Assembly: GCA_002861595.1 (NCBI GenBank)
Contig: PJQG01000008.1
Location: 39,174-103,173, forward strand
DNA length: 64,000 nucleotides
DNA from: Actinomycetota bacterium
Lineage (GTDB): Bacteria > Actinomycetota > Acidimicrobiia > Acidimicrobiales > GCA-2861595
Reading direction: 5' to 3'
Made by a program: the position numbers and the translations under genes. The notes under the pieces are model-generated. The model did no database searches. It was not told where the DNA came from and saw only the letters and a list, made by a program, of their open reading frames with translations. Of this stretch, positions 27,263-45,300 are shown piece by piece (positions within the stretch are counted from its first letter, which is position 1; each line of letters begins with the position of its first letter).

Positions 27263-27939
27263 GCCGCGCGGACGCCGCTGGCTGCGGCCAGTAGGCACCG
27301 GAGAAGGGCGGCCCCGTCGTTCGAACCGGCAAGAGGATCGCAGGCTCGCTCCGGATGGGGCATGAGGCCGACCACGTTGCCCTGCTCGTTGCGGATGCCG
27401 GCGATGGCGTCCATCGAGCCGTTGGGGTTGTCGACATACCGCAGGACGACCCGGTCCTCGTCCCGCAACCGGGCGAGAGTCTCGGCCGAGCAGGTGTAAT
27501 TACCTTCGAAGTGGTTGATGGGGATCGACAGGATTCCTCCCGGTGTCATCCCCGACGTCAGCACCGAATTCGTGCTCTCCACCCTCAGCTCCACGGTTGT
27601 GCAGATGAACTTCAATCCGGCGTTCTTTTGGAGAGCTCCGGGCAACAACCCCGCCTCGGTGAGCACCTGGAAACCGTTGCAGATCCCCACCACGGCGCCA
27701 CCACCGGCGGCCATGGCCCGCACCGCCTCCATCACCGGCGAGAAGCGGGCGATGGCACCGGGCCGGAGGTAGTCGCCGTGGGCGAAGCCTCCCGGCAGCA
27801 CGACGGCGTCGACGGCGGGCAGCGACGCCGCGCCGTGCCAGACGATCTCGGCCTGCCCACCAAGAGCATGGATGGCCTCCACCACGTCGTGTTCGCAGTT
27901 CGAGCCGGGGAACAGCACGACCCCCACCCGCGCGCTCAT
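27259..27939 (-). CDS. purQ: phosphoribosylformylglycinamidine synthase glutaminase subunit PurQ
   Basis: VGVVLFPGSNCEHD, GICNGFQVL (catalytic Cys) and MPHPER. ATG at 27939 overlaps the purS stop (ATGA). Confidence 0.95.
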   Translation of the reverse strand: MSARVGVVLFPGSNCEHDVVEAIHALGGQAEIVWHGAASLPAVDAVVLPGGFAHGDYLRPGAIARFSPVMEAVRAMAAGGGAVVGICNGFQVLTEAGLLPGALQKNAGLKFICTTVELRVESTNSVLTSGMTPGGILSIPINHFEGNYTCSAETLARLRDEDRVVLRYVDNPNGSMDAIAGIRNEQGNVVGLMPHPERACDPLAGSNDGAALLRCLLAAASGVRAA

Positions 27940-28256
27940 GAGGGCCACGAGCCCGGAGACATGTCTGTACCTGTACCGGAACGCGGCGCCCCCGCGCCGC
28001 TTTCCTCACCAAGTTCGATGCGGACGTCCTCGATGACGGGATTGGACAGGAAGCTCTCGGACAGCCGGCGAGCGCGGTCCATGGCGGCGTCGGCGTCGGG
28101 CGCGTCGAGGTTGAAGCGCACGGCCTTGCCCACGCGCACGTCGCTCACGCCGTCGAAGCCGAGAGCGGGAAGCGACCGCTCCACCGTCGCCCCTTGTGGG
28201 TCGGCCACGCCGTCCCGCAGGCTCACCTCGACGAGGACCTCGAACCGGCCCATCAA
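27936..28256 (-). CDS. purS: phosphoribosylformylglycinamidine synthase subunit PurS
   Basis: FEVLVEVSLRDGVADPQGATVERSLPALGF...NPVIEDVRIEL; small protein located between purC and purQ. Confidence 0.9.
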   Translation of the reverse strand: MMGRFEVLVEVSLRDGVADPQGATVERSLPALGFDGVSDVRVGKAVRFNLDAPDADAAMDRARRLSESFLSNPVIEDVRIELGEESGAGAPRSGTGTDMSPGSWPS

Positions 28257-29135
28257 CTAGCTCCTTCCGTGCCAGTCGGCGAACCGGCGATCGGTGACGC
28301 GCTCGTACGCCGTGACGTAGCGCTGCCTGCAGGCGTCGACCACCTCGTCGGGAAGGCTCGGTGGCGGCGGCTGCTTGTCCCATCCCGACGCCTCCAGCCA
28401 GTCCCGCACCGGCTGCTTGTCGAACGAGGGCGGGGTCGACCCGGGGCGCCACTCGGCCGCGGGCCAGAACCTTGAGGAATCCGGGGTCAGCACCTCGTCG
28501 CACAGGACCAGCTCACCGTCGACCAGCCCGAGCTCGAACTTGGTGTCGGCCACGATGATCCCCCGCTCGGCGGCCCACGCCGAGCCCCGCCGGTAGGACT
28601 CCAGGCTCATCTCCCGGGCGCGCTCGGCCAGCTCCCGGCCCACGAGGTCGACGGCGTCGCCGAAGGAGATGTTCTCGTCATGGCCGGCCTGGGCCTTGGT
28701 GGACGGGGTGAACACCGGCTCGGGGAGCTGCGCCGACTCCTCGAGCCCCGCGGCGAGCGGTGTGCCGTGCATCGTCGCGGACCGGCGGTACTCCTTCCAC
28801 GCCGAGCCTGAGAGGTAGCCGCGCACGATGCATTCGATCGGGAGCATCTCGGCCCGGCGCACGAGCATGGCCCGGCCGGCGACGTCGCCGGCGTCCTCGG
28901 GCATGTCGGGGAAGTCGGCGGGGTCGACCGACACCAGGGCGCTGGGCGCCACGTCGGCCAGGTGCTCGAGCCAGAAGGCGGTCATGGCCGTGAGGACTCG
29001 GCCCTTGTCGGGCACGGGCTCGGGCATGACCACGTCGAAGGCGGAGATGCGGTCGGAGGCGACGAGGAGCAGGAGGCCGTCGCCGGCGTCGTAGACGTCA
29101 CGCACCTTGCCGGCGTAGAGGTGGCTGACGGCCAT
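28257..29135 (-). CDS. purC: phosphoribosylaminoimidazole-succinocarboxamide synthase
   Basis: YAGKVRDVYD, LLLVASDRISAFDVV and IIVADTKFELG. ATG at 29135 overlaps the purB stop. Confidence 0.95.
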   Translation of the reverse strand: MAVSHLYAGKVRDVYDAGDGLLLLVASDRISAFDVVMPEPVPDKGRVLTAMTAFWLEHLADVAPSALVSVDPADFPDMPEDAGDVAGRAMLVRRAEMLPIECIVRGYLSGSAWKEYRRSATMHGTPLAAGLEESAQLPEPVFTPSTKAQAGHDENISFGDAVDLVGRELAERAREMSLESYRRGSAWAAERGIIVADTKFELGLVDGELVLCDEVLTPDSSRFWPAAEWRPGSTPPSFDKQPVRDWLEASGWDKQPPPPSLPDEVVDACRQRYVTAYERVTDRRFADWHGRS

Positions 29136-30454
29136 CAGTCGATGCCCTCGGCCTCGACGCCTTCGAGGTGCTCGAACACCCGCCCGGCGTGGCGCAGGGC
29201 CCGGCTGAGATCGAAGGCCTCGTCGAGCACCTGTGCCGGGGTCGTGAGGTCGGGGTCGCATTCGAGCAATGTCCGGAAGTCCTTTCCCTGTTCCCAGGCG
29301 GCCATGGCGTTGCGCTGCACCACCCGATACGCAGTGTCGCGCGGCATCCCTGCGGCCACGAGGGCGAGCAGGACCGGTTGGCTGAAGACCAGGCCGTGGG
29401 ACAGCTCGAGGTTCTCGGCCATACGCCGGGCATCCACCTGCAGGCCGTCCACCACGGCGGTCATGCGCCGGAGCAGGTAGTAGGCCAGCAGGCTGGCGTC
29501 GGGCAGCACGACACGCTCCACCGAGGAGTGGGAGATGTCTCGCTCGTGCCAGAGGGCCACGTCCTCCAGGCCGGCGCCGAGGTACCCGCGCAGCACCCGG
29601 GCCAGCCCGCTCAGGCGCTCGCAGGTGATGGGGTTGCGCTTGTGGGGCATGGCCGAGGAGCCCTTCTGGCCGGCACGGAACGGTTCGGCCACCTCCCGCA
29701 CCTCGGTGCGCTGGAGGTGACGCACCTCGGTGGCGAACTGCTCGATGCCCGCCCCCACCGCGGCACACGCCCACAGGTACTCGGCGTGGCGGTCCCGGGC
29801 CACCACCTGGGTGGCGGGCACGGCCCGCAGGCCGAGGCGCGCGCACACGTGAGCCTCGACGCGGGGGTCGATGTTCGAGTAGGTCCCGACCGCGCCGGAC
29901 AGCTTGCCCACCCGCACCGCCTCCCGCGCCGCCACGAGCCGCCGGCGGTCACGGTCGGCGTGCAGGCACCACAGGGCCAGCTTGGCCCCGAAGGTCGTGG
30001 GCTCGGCGTGCACGCCGTGGGTGCGCCCGACCATCGCCGTGCCCCGGAACTCCAGGGCCCGGCGCTTGAGGGCGGCGACCAGAGCGGTGGCGGCATCGAC
30101 GAGGAGGTCGGCGGCGGCGACCAGGGTGGTGCACAGGGCCGTGTCGACCACGTCGGAGGAGGTGAGGCCGTAGTGGACCCAGTTGCCCTCGGGTGGCCGG
30201 ATTGCCTCCTGCACCACGTCGACGAAGGCGGCCACGTCGTGGTCGGTGACCGCCTCCCGCTCGGCCACCGCCGTGACGGTCTGGGCGGTGATCACGGGCG
30301 CCCGCTCCCGCACGGCCCGGGCGTCGGCCTCCGGCACCACGCCGACGATGGCCCAGCCCTCGACGGCCAGGACCTCCACCTCCAGCCACCGGGCCAGGCG
30401 GGCCTCGTCGGTCCACAGCGCCGCCATCTCCGGCATCGAGTACCGCTGGATCAC
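29135..30454 (-). CDS. purB: adenylosuccinate lyase
   Basis: [34 protein letters not shown] and [11 protein letters not shown] signature; 439 aa. Confidence 0.95.
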   Translation of the reverse strand: MIQRYSMPEMAALWTDEARLARWLEVEVLAVEGWAIVGVVPEADARAVRERAPVITAQTVTAVAEREAVTDHDVAAFVDVVQEAIRPPEGNWVHYGLTSSDVVDTALCTTLVAAADLLVDAATALVAALKRRALEFRGTAMVGRTHGVHAEPTTFGAKLALWCLHADRDRRRLVAAREAVRVGKLSGAVGTYSNIDPRVEAHVCARLGLRAVPATQVVARDRHAEYLWACAAVGAGIEQFATEVRHLQRTEVREVAEPFRAGQKGSSAMPHKRNPITCERLSGLARVLRGYLGAGLEDVALWHERDISHSSVERVVLPDASLLAYYLLRRMTAVVDGLQVDARRMAENLELSHGLVFSQPVLLALVAAGMPRDTAYRVVQRNAMAAWEQGKDFRTLLECDPDLTTPAQVLDEAFDLSRALRHAGRVFEHLEGVEAEGID

Positions 30455-30542
30455 GCCGCCCCTCTCTCAGCTTCACCTGCCCGTTTCGAGTACATCACGG
30501 GCCGAATCCGCCCGCTATGTACTCGCAACGGGGTGGAAGGCG

Positions 30543-30985
30543 TCATCGGGCGCCTCCGGCCCGGAACTCGGCCAGACGCTTGGCCATGTCGGCGTCGGTC
30601 ACCGACAGCATCTCGGCCACCAGGATGCCGGCATTGGCGGCGCCGTCGATGGCGACAGTCGCCACGGGAATGCCCTTCGGCATCTGCACGGTGGCGTACA
30701 GCGCGTCCACGCCGTTCAGGGCGCCTCCCGAGAGGGGCACGCCGACGACCGGGAGCGTGGTGTGGGCGGCCACCACGCCGGCCAGGTGGGCGGCCATGCC
30801 GGCGCCGCAGATGACCGCGGCGTAGCCGTCCTCGCGAGCCCGGCCGGCGAAGTCGGCGACCTCGGCCGGCGTGCGATGGGCCGAGAGCACCCGCTCGTCG
30901 ACCTCGATGCCGAAGCGCTCGAGCATCTCGCCCGCGCCCTTCATCTTGTCCCTGTCGTTGGGGGAGCCCATGAGCACGGCGACCT

Positions 30986-30989
<4 letters not shown>
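30543..30989 (-). CDS. purE: 5-(carboxyamino)imidazole ribonucleotide mutase-type PurE
   Basis: [20 protein letters not shown] and [24 protein letters not shown]; 148 aa. No purK is adjacent. Confidence 0.9.
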
Positions 30990-33486
<2,497 letters not shown>

Positions 33487-33495
33487 TCATAGCGA

Positions 33496-35973
<2,478 letters not shown>

Positions 35974-36073
35974 GCGAACCTCTATCGTCGAGCTTCAAAA
36001 ACCTGCGTACGGCATTGTCAACATTCGAAGGCCGGAAACCCTTTCCCATCTCCGCCGAATGTTGCGGAGCCGT

Positions 36074-36463
36074 TCACGCCCTGCGCCGGTAGAGCACCGC
36101 CGCCTGGCTGACGGGCACGAGATCGCGCCGATGCTGGCGGTGGGCGTCCTCCACCGCTTCGCGTGCCTCCAGCCGGGTCTGGACCAGTTGCTGGCGGAGC
36201 CGTTCGTTCTCGTCCTCCAGCGCCATGACGCGCCGGACGCCCTCGAGGTTGAGGCCGACCGCGGTCAGCTCCTGGATCCGGCGCAGCCGCTCGATGTCCC
36301 GCTCGCTGTAACGGCGGCTGCCGCCGCCGGTGCGGGCCGGGTCCACGAGGCCCTTGCGCTCGTAGATGCGCAGGGTCTGGGGGTGCACGCCGGCCAGCTC
36401 GGCGGCAACGGAGATCACGTAGACCGCCCGCCTCCTGGCGTCGGTCCGCTCGGCCGCCGTCAT
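36074..36463 (-). CDS. hspR: MerR-family heat-shock repressor HspR
   Basis: [49 protein letters not shown] at 36463 overlaps the dnaJ stop, and it is the last gene of the dnaK operon. Confidence 0.9.
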   Translation of the reverse strand: MTAAERTDARRRAVYVISVAAELAGVHPQTLRIYERKGLVDPARTGGGSRRYSERDIERLRRIQELTAVGLNLEGVRRVMALEDENERLRQQLVQTRLEAREAVEDAHRQHRRDLVPVSQAAVLYRRRA

Positions 36464-37584
36464 TCGACCCCCAGGTGACGACGGGGCGACACGTCGGAGG
36501 GAATGGCGGCGGCGAGCGCTTCCACCGCGTGGCGCTGCTCGTCCGAAAGGTGGGTGGGGACCACGACCTCCACCGTCACCAACAGGTCGCCGGCTCCGTT
36601 CCTGGCGGGGACGCCCCGGCCCCGGACCCGCAGGGTCTTGCCCGCCGGGGTGCCGGGAGGGATGCGCAGGCTGACCGGCTCCTCCAGGGTGGGCACCTTC
36701 ACCGTGGCGCCGAGCACGGCTTCTGGGTACGTGACGGGGAGCCGGAGCGTGAGGTTCTTGCCCCGGCGGCCGAACAGCTCGTGGGGTTCGACCTGCACCA
36801 CCACGAAGAGGTCGCCGGCCGGCCCGCCGTTGTGCCCGGCGCCCCCGCGGCCCTTCACCCGGATGCGCTGGCCGTCCTCGACCCCCGCCGGGATGCGCAC
36901 CTTGACCTGGCGGGGCCGGCGTTCGATGCCCGATCCCCGGCAGGTGCGACAGGGGGTCTCCACCCGCATGCCCGTGCCTCCGCACTCCCGGCACGGCGAG
37001 CTGAAGGAGAACAGGCCCTGGTCCTCGGCCAGCACGCCCCGGCCGCCACAGCGTGAGCAGATCACCGGGGAGGTCCCCGGTGCCGACCCCGTACCCCCGC
37101 AGGTGGAGCAACTGGCGTCGCTGGTCACGTTGACCGTGGTGGTCACGCCCTCGATGGCATCGCGGAACGACAGGTGCAGGGTCGCCTCGAGGTCCTCACC
37201 TCGACGCGCACCTGCTCGCGCTTGCTGGCCGCCCCCTCGGGCCCCGGTGCCGAACAAGCCGCCGAGGAGGTCGCCCAGGTCGTCGAAGCTCACCCGGGCG
37301 CCGCCGTTGAACCCTCCCCCACCGCGGGCGGCACCGGGGAACCCGCCGCCGACCGGGCCATAGCGGCGGACCTCGTCGTACTCCTTGCGCTTGGCGGCGT
37401 CGCCGAGCACGTCGTAGGCGGTCGACACCTCCTTGAAGCGGTCCTCGGAGCCCGGGTTGGCGTCCGGGTGGTACTGCTTGGCCAGCTTCCTGTAGGCGCG
37501 GGTGATCTCCTTGTCGGTGGCCTTCTCGGAGACCCCGAGCACCTTGTAGAAGTCCTTCTCGAGCCACTCGCGCTGCGCCGGCAC
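36460..37584 (-). CDS. dnaJ: molecular chaperone DnaJ
   Basis: J-domain DFYKVLGV...YHPD, a Gly-rich linker and four CxxCxG zinc-finger motifs; 374 aa. Confidence 0.95.
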   Translation of the reverse strand: MPAQREWLEKDFYKVLGVSEKATDKEITRAYRKLAKQYHPDANPGSEDRFKEVSTAYDVLGDAAKRKEYDEVRRYGPVGGGFPGAARGGGGFNGGARVSFDDLGDLLGGLFGTGARGGGQQARAGARRGEDLEATLHLSFRDAIEGVTTTVNVTSDASCSTCGGTGSAPGTSPVICSRCGGRGVLAEDQGLFSFSSPCRECGGTGMRVETPCRTCRGSGIERRPRQVKVRIPAGVEDGQRIRVKGRGGAGHNGGPAGDLFVVVQVEPHELFGRRGKNLTLRLPVTYPEAVLGATVKVPTLEEPVSLRIPPGTPAGKTLRVRGRGVPARNGAGDLLVTVEVVVPTHLSDEQRHAVEALAAAIPSDVSPRRHLGVE

Positions 37585-37599
37585 GCCGTTCGCCCTGCC

Positions 37600-38141
37600 T
37601 TACCCCTTGACCTTCACCATGGCCGGGCGCAGCACGCGGCCCTTCCAGCGGTACCCGGCCCGATGCACCTCGATCACCTCGGGCTCCCCGTCGCCCGGCT
37701 CGTGCTGGACGGCGTCGTGCTCGTTGGGGTCGAAGGGCTGGCCGGCCGGGTCGATGCGCTCCAGGCCGGCGGCCTCGAGCACGTCGAGCAGCGAGCGATG
37801 CACCGGTGCCACGTCCTCGGCGCCGTGGCCGAGGGCGAGGTCGAAGTTGTCGAGGACGGGCAGGAGCTTGACCACGAGCCCCTCCGTCGCCCGCTCCTCG
37901 TGCTCGGCCTGCTGCTTCAGCATGCGCTTTCGGTAGTTCTCGAAGTCGGCCTGGAGGCGCCTGAGCCGGTCGAGGTAGTCGTCGCGCTCGGCGGCCACAG
38001 CGTCGAGTGCGCCGAGATCCTCGAGATCGCCCTCCAGTGCATCCTCGGCCTCTTCGACCAGCGCGTCGACCTCCTCCGTGGAGGCCGGCGGAGGGGTCGA
38101 GCCCGCGGGATGGCCGGTGGGGGAAGACCAGCGATCAGCCA

Positions 38142-38142
<1 letters not shown>
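37600..38142 (-). CDS. grpE: nucleotide exchange factor GrpE
   Basis: RLQADFENYRKR and FDPNEHDAV motifs; GTG start at 38142. Confidence 0.9.
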
Positions 38143-39989
<1,847 letters not shown>

Positions 39990-40032
39990 GCGGTTGCCTC
40001 CAGATGGGGTTGGCGATCTAGCTGACGATGCG

Positions 40033-40056
40033 ATTATAGCAAAATTGAGCGCGCTT
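40033..40056 (-). promoter_or_regulatory. candidate dnaK promoter (extended -10 TGCTATAAT) with partial HspR-type inverted repeat
   Basis: The minus strand reads gcgcgctcaattttgctataatcg about 45 nt upstream of the dnaK start. The -10 hexamer TATAAT is at 40038-40033. The adjacent GCGCGCTCAAT resembles only half of the HAIR consensus. Confidence 0.35.
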
Positions 40057-40059
40057 CTG

Positions 40060-41775
40060 TCATGATTCTGTGATCGCGTCGAGCTCCACGTCCACCCGGA
40101 CGACCCCGCCCCGTTGGTGGCGGACCTCGACGGCGACCACGGCCCCCGCCGGGCCTCGTACCACCCACTCCGCTTTGGTCCTGTCGTCGGTCGGGTCGCT
40201 GGCCAGCAGGGCCGATCGCTTGAGGGCCCGCCCGCCCAACTGGCCGAGCTCCAGCCGGGGGGTGCCGGCGGCCAGGTGGCACCCGTCCGGCAGGGTGATC
40301 TCTGCCTCCACCGGCCGCACCGCCTTGCGCTCGAGCGCCCGCTCGGTGACGTTGGTGGCCATCCAGCCGGTGTTGTCGACCACTACCCGGACCCGCCACG
40401 TGGCGAGCCCGCTGTCGCCGAGGGCCCCGACGAGCTCCGCACAGGCGTTGTGCAGCTCGAGGCGAGGGGACAGGAGCAGGTGGCGGACGGCGAAGTCGGC
40501 GTGGGGCGCGATCTCGGCCTCCATGAGCGCCGGTGGCGGGTTCGACCAGACGCGGAAGAAGTGCCAGCCCCCCAGCTCCACCGGGCCCAGCTGCGGGTGC
40601 TCGAAGGGGTACCAGTCGACGTAGCCGACGTTGCGACCGACCGTCTCGTCGCTCCAGCGCAGCAGCGCCAGGTCGTCCGCCACGGGATGGTCGTCGAACC
40701 ACTCGATGAACTTGTGCTCGGCGATGCCCGCCTTCGGTATCGGGCTCCAGAACTCCGTTGTCCAGGCGTACACACCGAGGTGGTCGTAGGCCCAGTCATC
40801 CGATGCTCCGGTGATGATCTCCTTTGGCTCGTAGCGGAAGTCGTGGTACACCGACACCGCCCGGTAGCCGGTGATCGCCGTGGCCAGCTTGGCGATCTCC
40901 AAGAACGTCCGCAGGTCACTCGTGGGCAGGTGGTCGTCGTCGTGGTCCGAGTAGGGCCGCAGGTGGACGCCCCCGAAGGTGTGGTAGGCGATGTAGGCAC
41001 ACAGGTTGGGGCGGGCGGCCACGGCTTGGAGCAGGGCGCGGATCTCCGGCTCCGAGCCGGGGTAGGGACCGGCGCCCGCCTGGTCGCCCTCGGTCCGCCA
41101 GCCGGCAGGGAACTGGCGGTTGAGGTCCAGGCCCTCGAGCCTGGGGGCGAGGGGGACGAGGACGCCGTCGTAGTTGCGGATCCTGCCTTCGGGCAGGAGG
41201 CGCCAGTACGGCCCCGGCCCCACCTCGTCCGGGTCCCGCGCCACCAGGAGGCGCGGGTCCTCGGGGCACGCCTTCCACGGGCCGTTGGCATCGGGGACCC
41301 GCATGGTGAGGATCCGCCCGTCGCCGTCCACGTCCTCCTCGACGAGGCCGTCCTGGGGTTCGGCGCGGGGCCAGGGGCGGGCGCTGGAGCGCAGGTACCG
41401 AGGGCGATCGGCCAGGGCCAGCTCAACGCCGTCGGGGTTCAACCGGGGGACTACGTAGAAGCAGCGGGTGTCGAGGACGCGGCTCACGTTCTCGTCCTCA
41501 CCGTGGCCGGTGACGAGGTGGTGCAGCAGGTGGAGAGCGGCGGTCGAACCGGTCACCTCGGTGGCATGGATGTTGGCCTCCACGAACAGCGCCGGCTTCT
41601 CGTGGTGCGACCCGGTTGCCGCGTTCGTCATCGTCGCCAGCCAGATGTCGCGGCCCTCGTAGCTCGTCCCGATGCTCTCCAGCGTCATCAGGTGCGGATA
41701 CTCGGCGGCCAGTCCGTTCAGCGCCTCGGTGAGCTCCTCGTGGCGGTAGAGGTGGTCGAAGCGGAGATCGGGCAC
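40060..41775 (-). CDS. M14-family zinc carboxypeptidase-like protein (no signal peptide seen)
   Basis: [10 protein letters not shown] (HxxE zinc ligands), VVPRLNPDG and AYHTFGG; 571 aa. Confidence 0.8.
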   Translation of the reverse strand: MPDLRFDHLYRHEELTEALNGLAAEYPHLMTLESIGTSYEGRDIWLATMTNAATGSHHEKPALFVEANIHATEVTGSTAALHLLHHLVTGHGEDENVSRVLDTRCFYVVPRLNPDGVELALADRPRYLRSSARPWPRAEPQDGLVEEDVDGDGRILTMRVPDANGPWKACPEDPRLLVARDPDEVGPGPYWRLLPEGRIRNYDGVLVPLAPRLEGLDLNRQFPAGWRTEGDQAGAGPYPGSEPEIRALLQAVAARPNLCAYIAYHTFGGVHLRPYSDHDDDHLPTSDLRTFLEIAKLATAITGYRAVSVYHDFRYEPKEIITGASDDWAYDHLGVYAWTTEFWSPIPKAGIAEHKFIEWFDDHPVADDLALLRWSDETVGRNVGYVDWYPFEHPQLGPVELGGWHFFRVWSNPPPALMEAEIAPHADFAVRHLLLSPRLELHNACAELVGALGDSGLATWRVRVVVDNTGWMATNVTERALERKAVRPVEAEITLPDGCHLAAGTPRLELGQLGGRALKRSALLASDPTDDRTKAEWVVRGPAGAVVAVEVRHQRGGVVRVDVELDAITES

Positions 41776-41798
41776 GGGCGCACACTACGGTTCCGCGC

Positions 41799-42539
41799 AT
41801 GGCGACCCTCGTGCTGCTCAGGCACGGCCAGAGCAGCTGGAACGAGCTCAACCTCTTCACCGGCTGGTACGAGTGCGACATGACCGAGCGCGGCGAGGCC
41901 GAGTCCCGCGACGCCGGCAAGCTGCTCGTCGCCGCCGGCGTCGCGGTCGACGTCGTCCACACGTCGATGCAGAAGCGGGCCATCCGCACGGCCAACCTGG
42001 CCCTGGAGGTCATGGACCTCGTTTGGGTCCCGGTGCGGCGGCACTGGCGCCTCAACGAGCGCCACTACGGGGCGCTCCAGGGCCTCGACAAGAAGGAGAC
42101 AGCGGACAAGTTCGGCGTCGATGCCGTGCACGCATGGCGGCGCAGCTACGACGTCCCGCCCCCGCCACTGGGCGACGACGACCCGCGCCACCCTCGCCAC
42201 GACCCGATGTACCGGGACCTGGCGCCCGAGGTGCTGCCCGCCACGGAGTGCCTGAAGGACGTCGTCGCGCGCATGGTCCCCTACTGGCAGGACGCCATCG
42301 TTCCTGACCTGCGACTGGGCAAGGTGGTGCTCATCTCCGCCCATGGCAACAGCCTGCGTGCGTTGGTCAAGCACCTGAAGGACATTCCCGACGAAAAGAT
42401 CACGGAACTCGAGATCCCGACGGGTGTGCCCTGGCTGTTCGAGCTCGACGAGGACCTGCGCCCGAGGGCGGATCGCCTGCTGGGCGACGCCGAGGAGATC
42501 CGGCGACGGGCCGAGGAGACCGCCCGCCAGGCGAGCTGA
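41799..42539 (+). CDS. gpmA: 2,3-bisphosphoglycerate-dependent phosphoglycerate mutase
   Basis: [20 protein letters not shown] and [20 protein letters not shown]; 246 aa. Confidence 0.95.
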   Translation: MATLVLLRHGQSSWNELNLFTGWYECDMTERGEAESRDAGKLLVAAGVAVDVVHTSMQKRAIRTANLALEVMDLVWVPVRRHWRLNERHYGALQGLDKKETADKFGVDAVHAWRRSYDVPPPPLGDDDPRHPRHDPMYRDLAPEVLPATECLKDVVARMVPYWQDAIVPDLRLGKVVLISAHGNSLRALVKHLKDIPDEKITELEIPTGVPWLFELDEDLRPRADRLLGDAEEIRRRAEETARQAS

Positions 42540-42581
42540 ACGAGGCGGTCCCGAACGCGGAAGGGGCCGGGATCTGCAAGG

Positions 42582-43994
42582 ATGGGCCCACCACTTCGGT
42601 GGGGTGCGCCGGGAAGCCTGGTCGGCAAGATGGCCTTCCGCGACCGAGGAGCCGAAGCCGTGGCCACCACGAAGATCGACGATGGCAGCGCCGCACCACA
42701 CCCGACGGGAGCTGCCGACGCCGTGCCGGGGCGGCGTGTCCCGAGAGTGCTGCGGCAGTTCCTGGAGACCGAGGCGGCCGGCGGGCTCGTGGTGCTGGCG
42801 GCTGCGGCGGGCGCCCTGGTGTGGGCCAACTCGCCGTGGGCTGCCTCGTATCGCGCGTTGTGGCACACCGAGCTGTCGATCGGGCTCGGCCGGTTCGTGT
42901 TGTCGGAGGATCTCCGGCACTGGGTCAACGACGGGCTCATGGCCATCTTCTTCTTCGTGGTCGGGCTGGAGATCAAGCGCGAGCTCGTCCACGGCCAGCT
43001 CCGTGACCCGCGAGCGGTCGCCATGCCTGCCATCGCCGCCGCCGGCGGTATGGCAGTGCCGGCCCTGTTCTTCCTCCTGGTGGCGCACGGCAGCGGGGGA
43101 TCGAAGGGGTGGGGCATCCCGATGGCCACCGACATCGCCTTCGCCATCGGTGTCGTCGCCGTGCTCGGCTCGAGGGTCCCCGCGTCGCTGAAACTGTTCC
43201 TCCTGACGCTGGCCATCGTGGATGACATCGGCGCCATCATGGTCATCGCCATCTTCTATGCCACCGATGTCCAGCCCGCCTTCCTCATGACCGCGCTGGT
43301 GCTGCTCGCCGTCATGGTCGGCCTCCACCGGGCGGGAATCGTGTGGATGCCGCCGTACGTCGTCCTGGGCATCGGTGTGTGGTTGGCCACACAGGCGTCC
43401 GGCGTTCACGCGACCATCGCCGGCGTCGGGCTCGGCCTGCTCGCGCCAGCCAGGCCACTCACGCCGGCGGCGGTGGCCCGTCACTGGGCGGGCGACCTCA
43501 CAGACGACCCGAGTCCCGCCGAGCTCTCGGCCATGACACGGTTGGCCAAGACCTCGGTCTCACCCGCCGAGCGCCTGGAGCACCTGCTCCATCCGTGGAC
43601 GAGCTTTGTGGTCGTGCCTCTCTTCGCCCTCGCCAACGCCGGCGTGGCCATCACGACAGACTCCTTCGACGCTCCCGGCTCCTTGCGGGTGGCGGTGGGT
43701 GTCGTCGTCGGCCTCGTCCTGGGCAAGCTCGTCGGCATCACGGCAGCGTCCTGGCTGGCTGTTCGTTTCGGTGCCGGCCGACTTCCCGAAGGCGCCACCT
43801 GGCCCATGGTCGCCGGCATCGCCGCCATCGGGGGCATCGGCTTCACGGTGTCGCTGTTCATCACGGAGTTGGCGTACGGGTCGGGACCGCTCCAGGAAGC
43901 GGCCAAGATCGGCGTGCTGGTCGCGTCCACGGTTGCCGCCCTCGTCGGTGCGCTCTGGCTGATGAGAGTGACCAGAAAGGCCGCGACCGGCTGA
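42582..43994 (+). CDS. nhaA: Na+/H+ antiporter NhaA
   Basis: FLETEAAGGLVVL, WVNDGLMAIFFFVVGLEIKRE and ATDIAFA. The start is uncertain (ATG at 42582 or 42630). Confidence 0.9.
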   Translation: MGPPLRWGAPGSLVGKMAFRDRGAEAVATTKIDDGSAAPHPTGAADAVPGRRVPRVLRQFLETEAAGGLVVLAAAAGALVWANSPWAASYRALWHTELSIGLGRFVLSEDLRHWVNDGLMAIFFFVVGLEIKRELVHGQLRDPRAVAMPAIAAAGGMAVPALFFLLVAHGSGGSKGWGIPMATDIAFAIGVVAVLGSRVPASLKLFLLTLAIVDDIGAIMVIAIFYATDVQPAFLMTALVLLAVMVGLHRAGIVWMPPYVVLGIGVWLATQASGVHATIAGVGLGLLAPARPLTPAAVARHWAGDLTDDPSPAELSAMTRLAKTSVSPAERLEHLLHPWTSFVVVPLFALANAGVAITTDSFDAPGSLRVAVGVVVGLVLGKLVGITAASWLAVRFGAGRLPEGATWPMVAGIAAIGGIGFTVSLFITELAYGSGPLQEAAKIGVLVASTVAALVGALWLMRVTRKAATG

Positions 43995-44073
43995 GCGCTG
44001 TCCCGAGTCGTTCCACCGGGTTCACGAGCCCCGCTCGGAGCTGGGGGGGATGTCTTCTTCGTTGTGGAGGAGA

Positions 44074-44595
44074 TCACGCCTCGCGCGCGCTGAGCGGTCG
44101 CGCTTCTGAGACTGCCTTCTCCAACAGGTACCCACGGGAGCGGATGGTGCGGATGGCCAGTGCCACCGGAAGGAGCCGGCGGCGCAGTCGCAGGACGTGT
44201 ACGTCGAGGGCGTTCCGCCCCGGGGCCCCGTCGGGCCACGCGGCGCGAGCGAGCGTCTCTCGATGGACAACGGCGCCAAACCGTTCCAGAAGGGCGTCCA
44301 TCAGTCGGCACTCCACCGGCGGCAACGGCACCCAGGCCGATCCGAAGCGCAGCACCCCATCCTTGTCGAGCAGGGGGACCGTCGGGAGGTGGGCGCGAGC
44401 TCGCAGTGCCAGCGCCTCGGCCCGAGCGCGCAGGTCGTCCTCGGACGCGGGCACCCGAAGCCAGTCCTCCAGGCAATCCTCGGTCTGCGGTGCCGGGGAC
44501 CCGCCTTCGACGAGCAGGAGCCGAGGCGCCTGGGCCGCGGCCAACGCCGCGCGTCGCTCGGTTTCGAGCGGCCACCTGAGCGTCACGACGTCCAT
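44074..44595 (-). CDS. OmpR/PhoB-type winged-helix DNA-binding protein with degenerate receiver-like N-terminus
   Basis: C-terminal LPPVECRLMDALLERFGAVVHRETLARAAWPDG...LDVHVLRLRRRL...IRTIRSRGYLL matches the Trans_reg_C pattern. ATG at 44595 is preferred within ORF 44074..44673. Confidence 0.7.
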   Translation of the reverse strand: MDVVTLRWPLETERRAALAAAQAPRLLLVEGGSPAPQTEDCLEDWLRVPASEDDLRARAEALALRARAHLPTVPLLDKDGVLRFGSAWVPLPPVECRLMDALLERFGAVVHRETLARAAWPDGAPGRNALDVHVLRLRRRLLPVALAIRTIRSRGYLLEKAVSEARPLSAREA

Positions 44596-44719
44596 CGCCG
44601 TAGAAACATAGGAGCCGAAGTTTGCCAGTGTGTTTCCCGCAGGTGAACTCCCGGGCGAACCCCGCGGACGCACCCAGGCCCGGTCCCGGCCTGAGCAGCG
44701 CCGCTACAGTGACACCGCT

Positions 44720-44760
44720 GCGGGCGTAGTTCAGCGGCAGAACATCAGCTTCCAAAGCTG
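44720..44760 (+). repeat. partial tRNA-Gly copy (5' half; candidate attL core)
   Basis: gcgggcgtagttcagcggcagaacatcagcttcc-aaagctg matches bases 1-42 of the tRNA-Gly at 51738 with one C missing in the anticodon loop. The sequence diverges afterwards and has no T-arm. Confidence 0.85.
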
Positions 44761-44863
44761 GACGGGGGGTCTCGTGACCAGGCCGGATTCGGGAAAGTGC
44801 TGCTCAGAGCGTGTGGACCGTGCTGGACCGTGCTACCGAATGCCGTTGGATACTGACTCATTA

Positions 44864-44881
44864 GGTCACGGTTAGGTCACG
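44864..44881 (+). repeat. two GGTCACG heptamers, 11-bp spacing (candidate arm-type sites)
   Basis: ttaGGTCACGgttaGGTCACGccaggg is nearly identical to ttaGGTCACGcgaaGGTCACGccaggg at 51631-51658. An inverted CGTGACC lies at 44773-44779. Confidence 0.6.
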
Positions 44882-44889
44882 CCAGGGCC

Positions 44890-45300
44890 TCCCGCCTACC
44901 GCTTGGGGACGGTGCTGCCTGCGGCGCATTCTGTGGAACTGGATCGACCGACGGGCAGCGCCATGTCCGTCATCCATCGCGGGCGCCCGTGTCGACCGCC
45001 GCGGCGCGGGCGCCGGCCATGGTCTGTCGACGCCCTCGCCGGCAGCGGCTGGCCGCGCCGGGATCGTTCGAGGGCGAACACGCGTGTCGTCGCCGCGCCG
45101 GCGGGATGCTTGTCGCGGAGATAGGTCCCCAGGGCTACGAAGAACGGGCTCGCAACCGACGACCCGCTGCTGGCCCCTTGCCTTCGGGGATGAGCACGCT
45201 CCGATCCGCGACCCGGATGCGCGCGAGGCGCAGGCCCACGACCTCCCGTCGGCGCGGCACAGCCAATAGCGTCGCCAGCACCATCGATCGGTCCCGTCGG
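44890..45300 (-). pseudogene. tyrosine recombinase remnant with multiple frameshifts
   Basis: Fragments in three frames: VLATLLAVPRRREVVGLRLARIRVADRSVLIPEGKG, QQRVVG, and SPFFVALGTYLRDKHPAGAATTRVFALERSRRGQPL. They resemble the central part of Xer/phage integrases. I could not recognise a catalytic C-terminus. Confidence 0.4.

Noticed and set aside
35974-36073. HspR operator (HAIR, CTTGAGT-N7-ACTCAAG) upstream of clpB and dnaK.
   Set aside because: No convincing inverted repeat lies upstream of clpB. Upstream of dnaK only a half-site-like GCTCAAT next to the -10 element is present. It is reported only as a low-confidence regulatory feature.
44720-44795. The partial tRNA copy reads TTCCAAA in its anticodon loop, which could suggest a tRNA with anticodon CCA.
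   Set aside because: Downstream of the anticodon stem the sequence has no T-arm and no acceptor 3' strand. It is a 5'-half remnant with a 1-nt deletion, not a gene.
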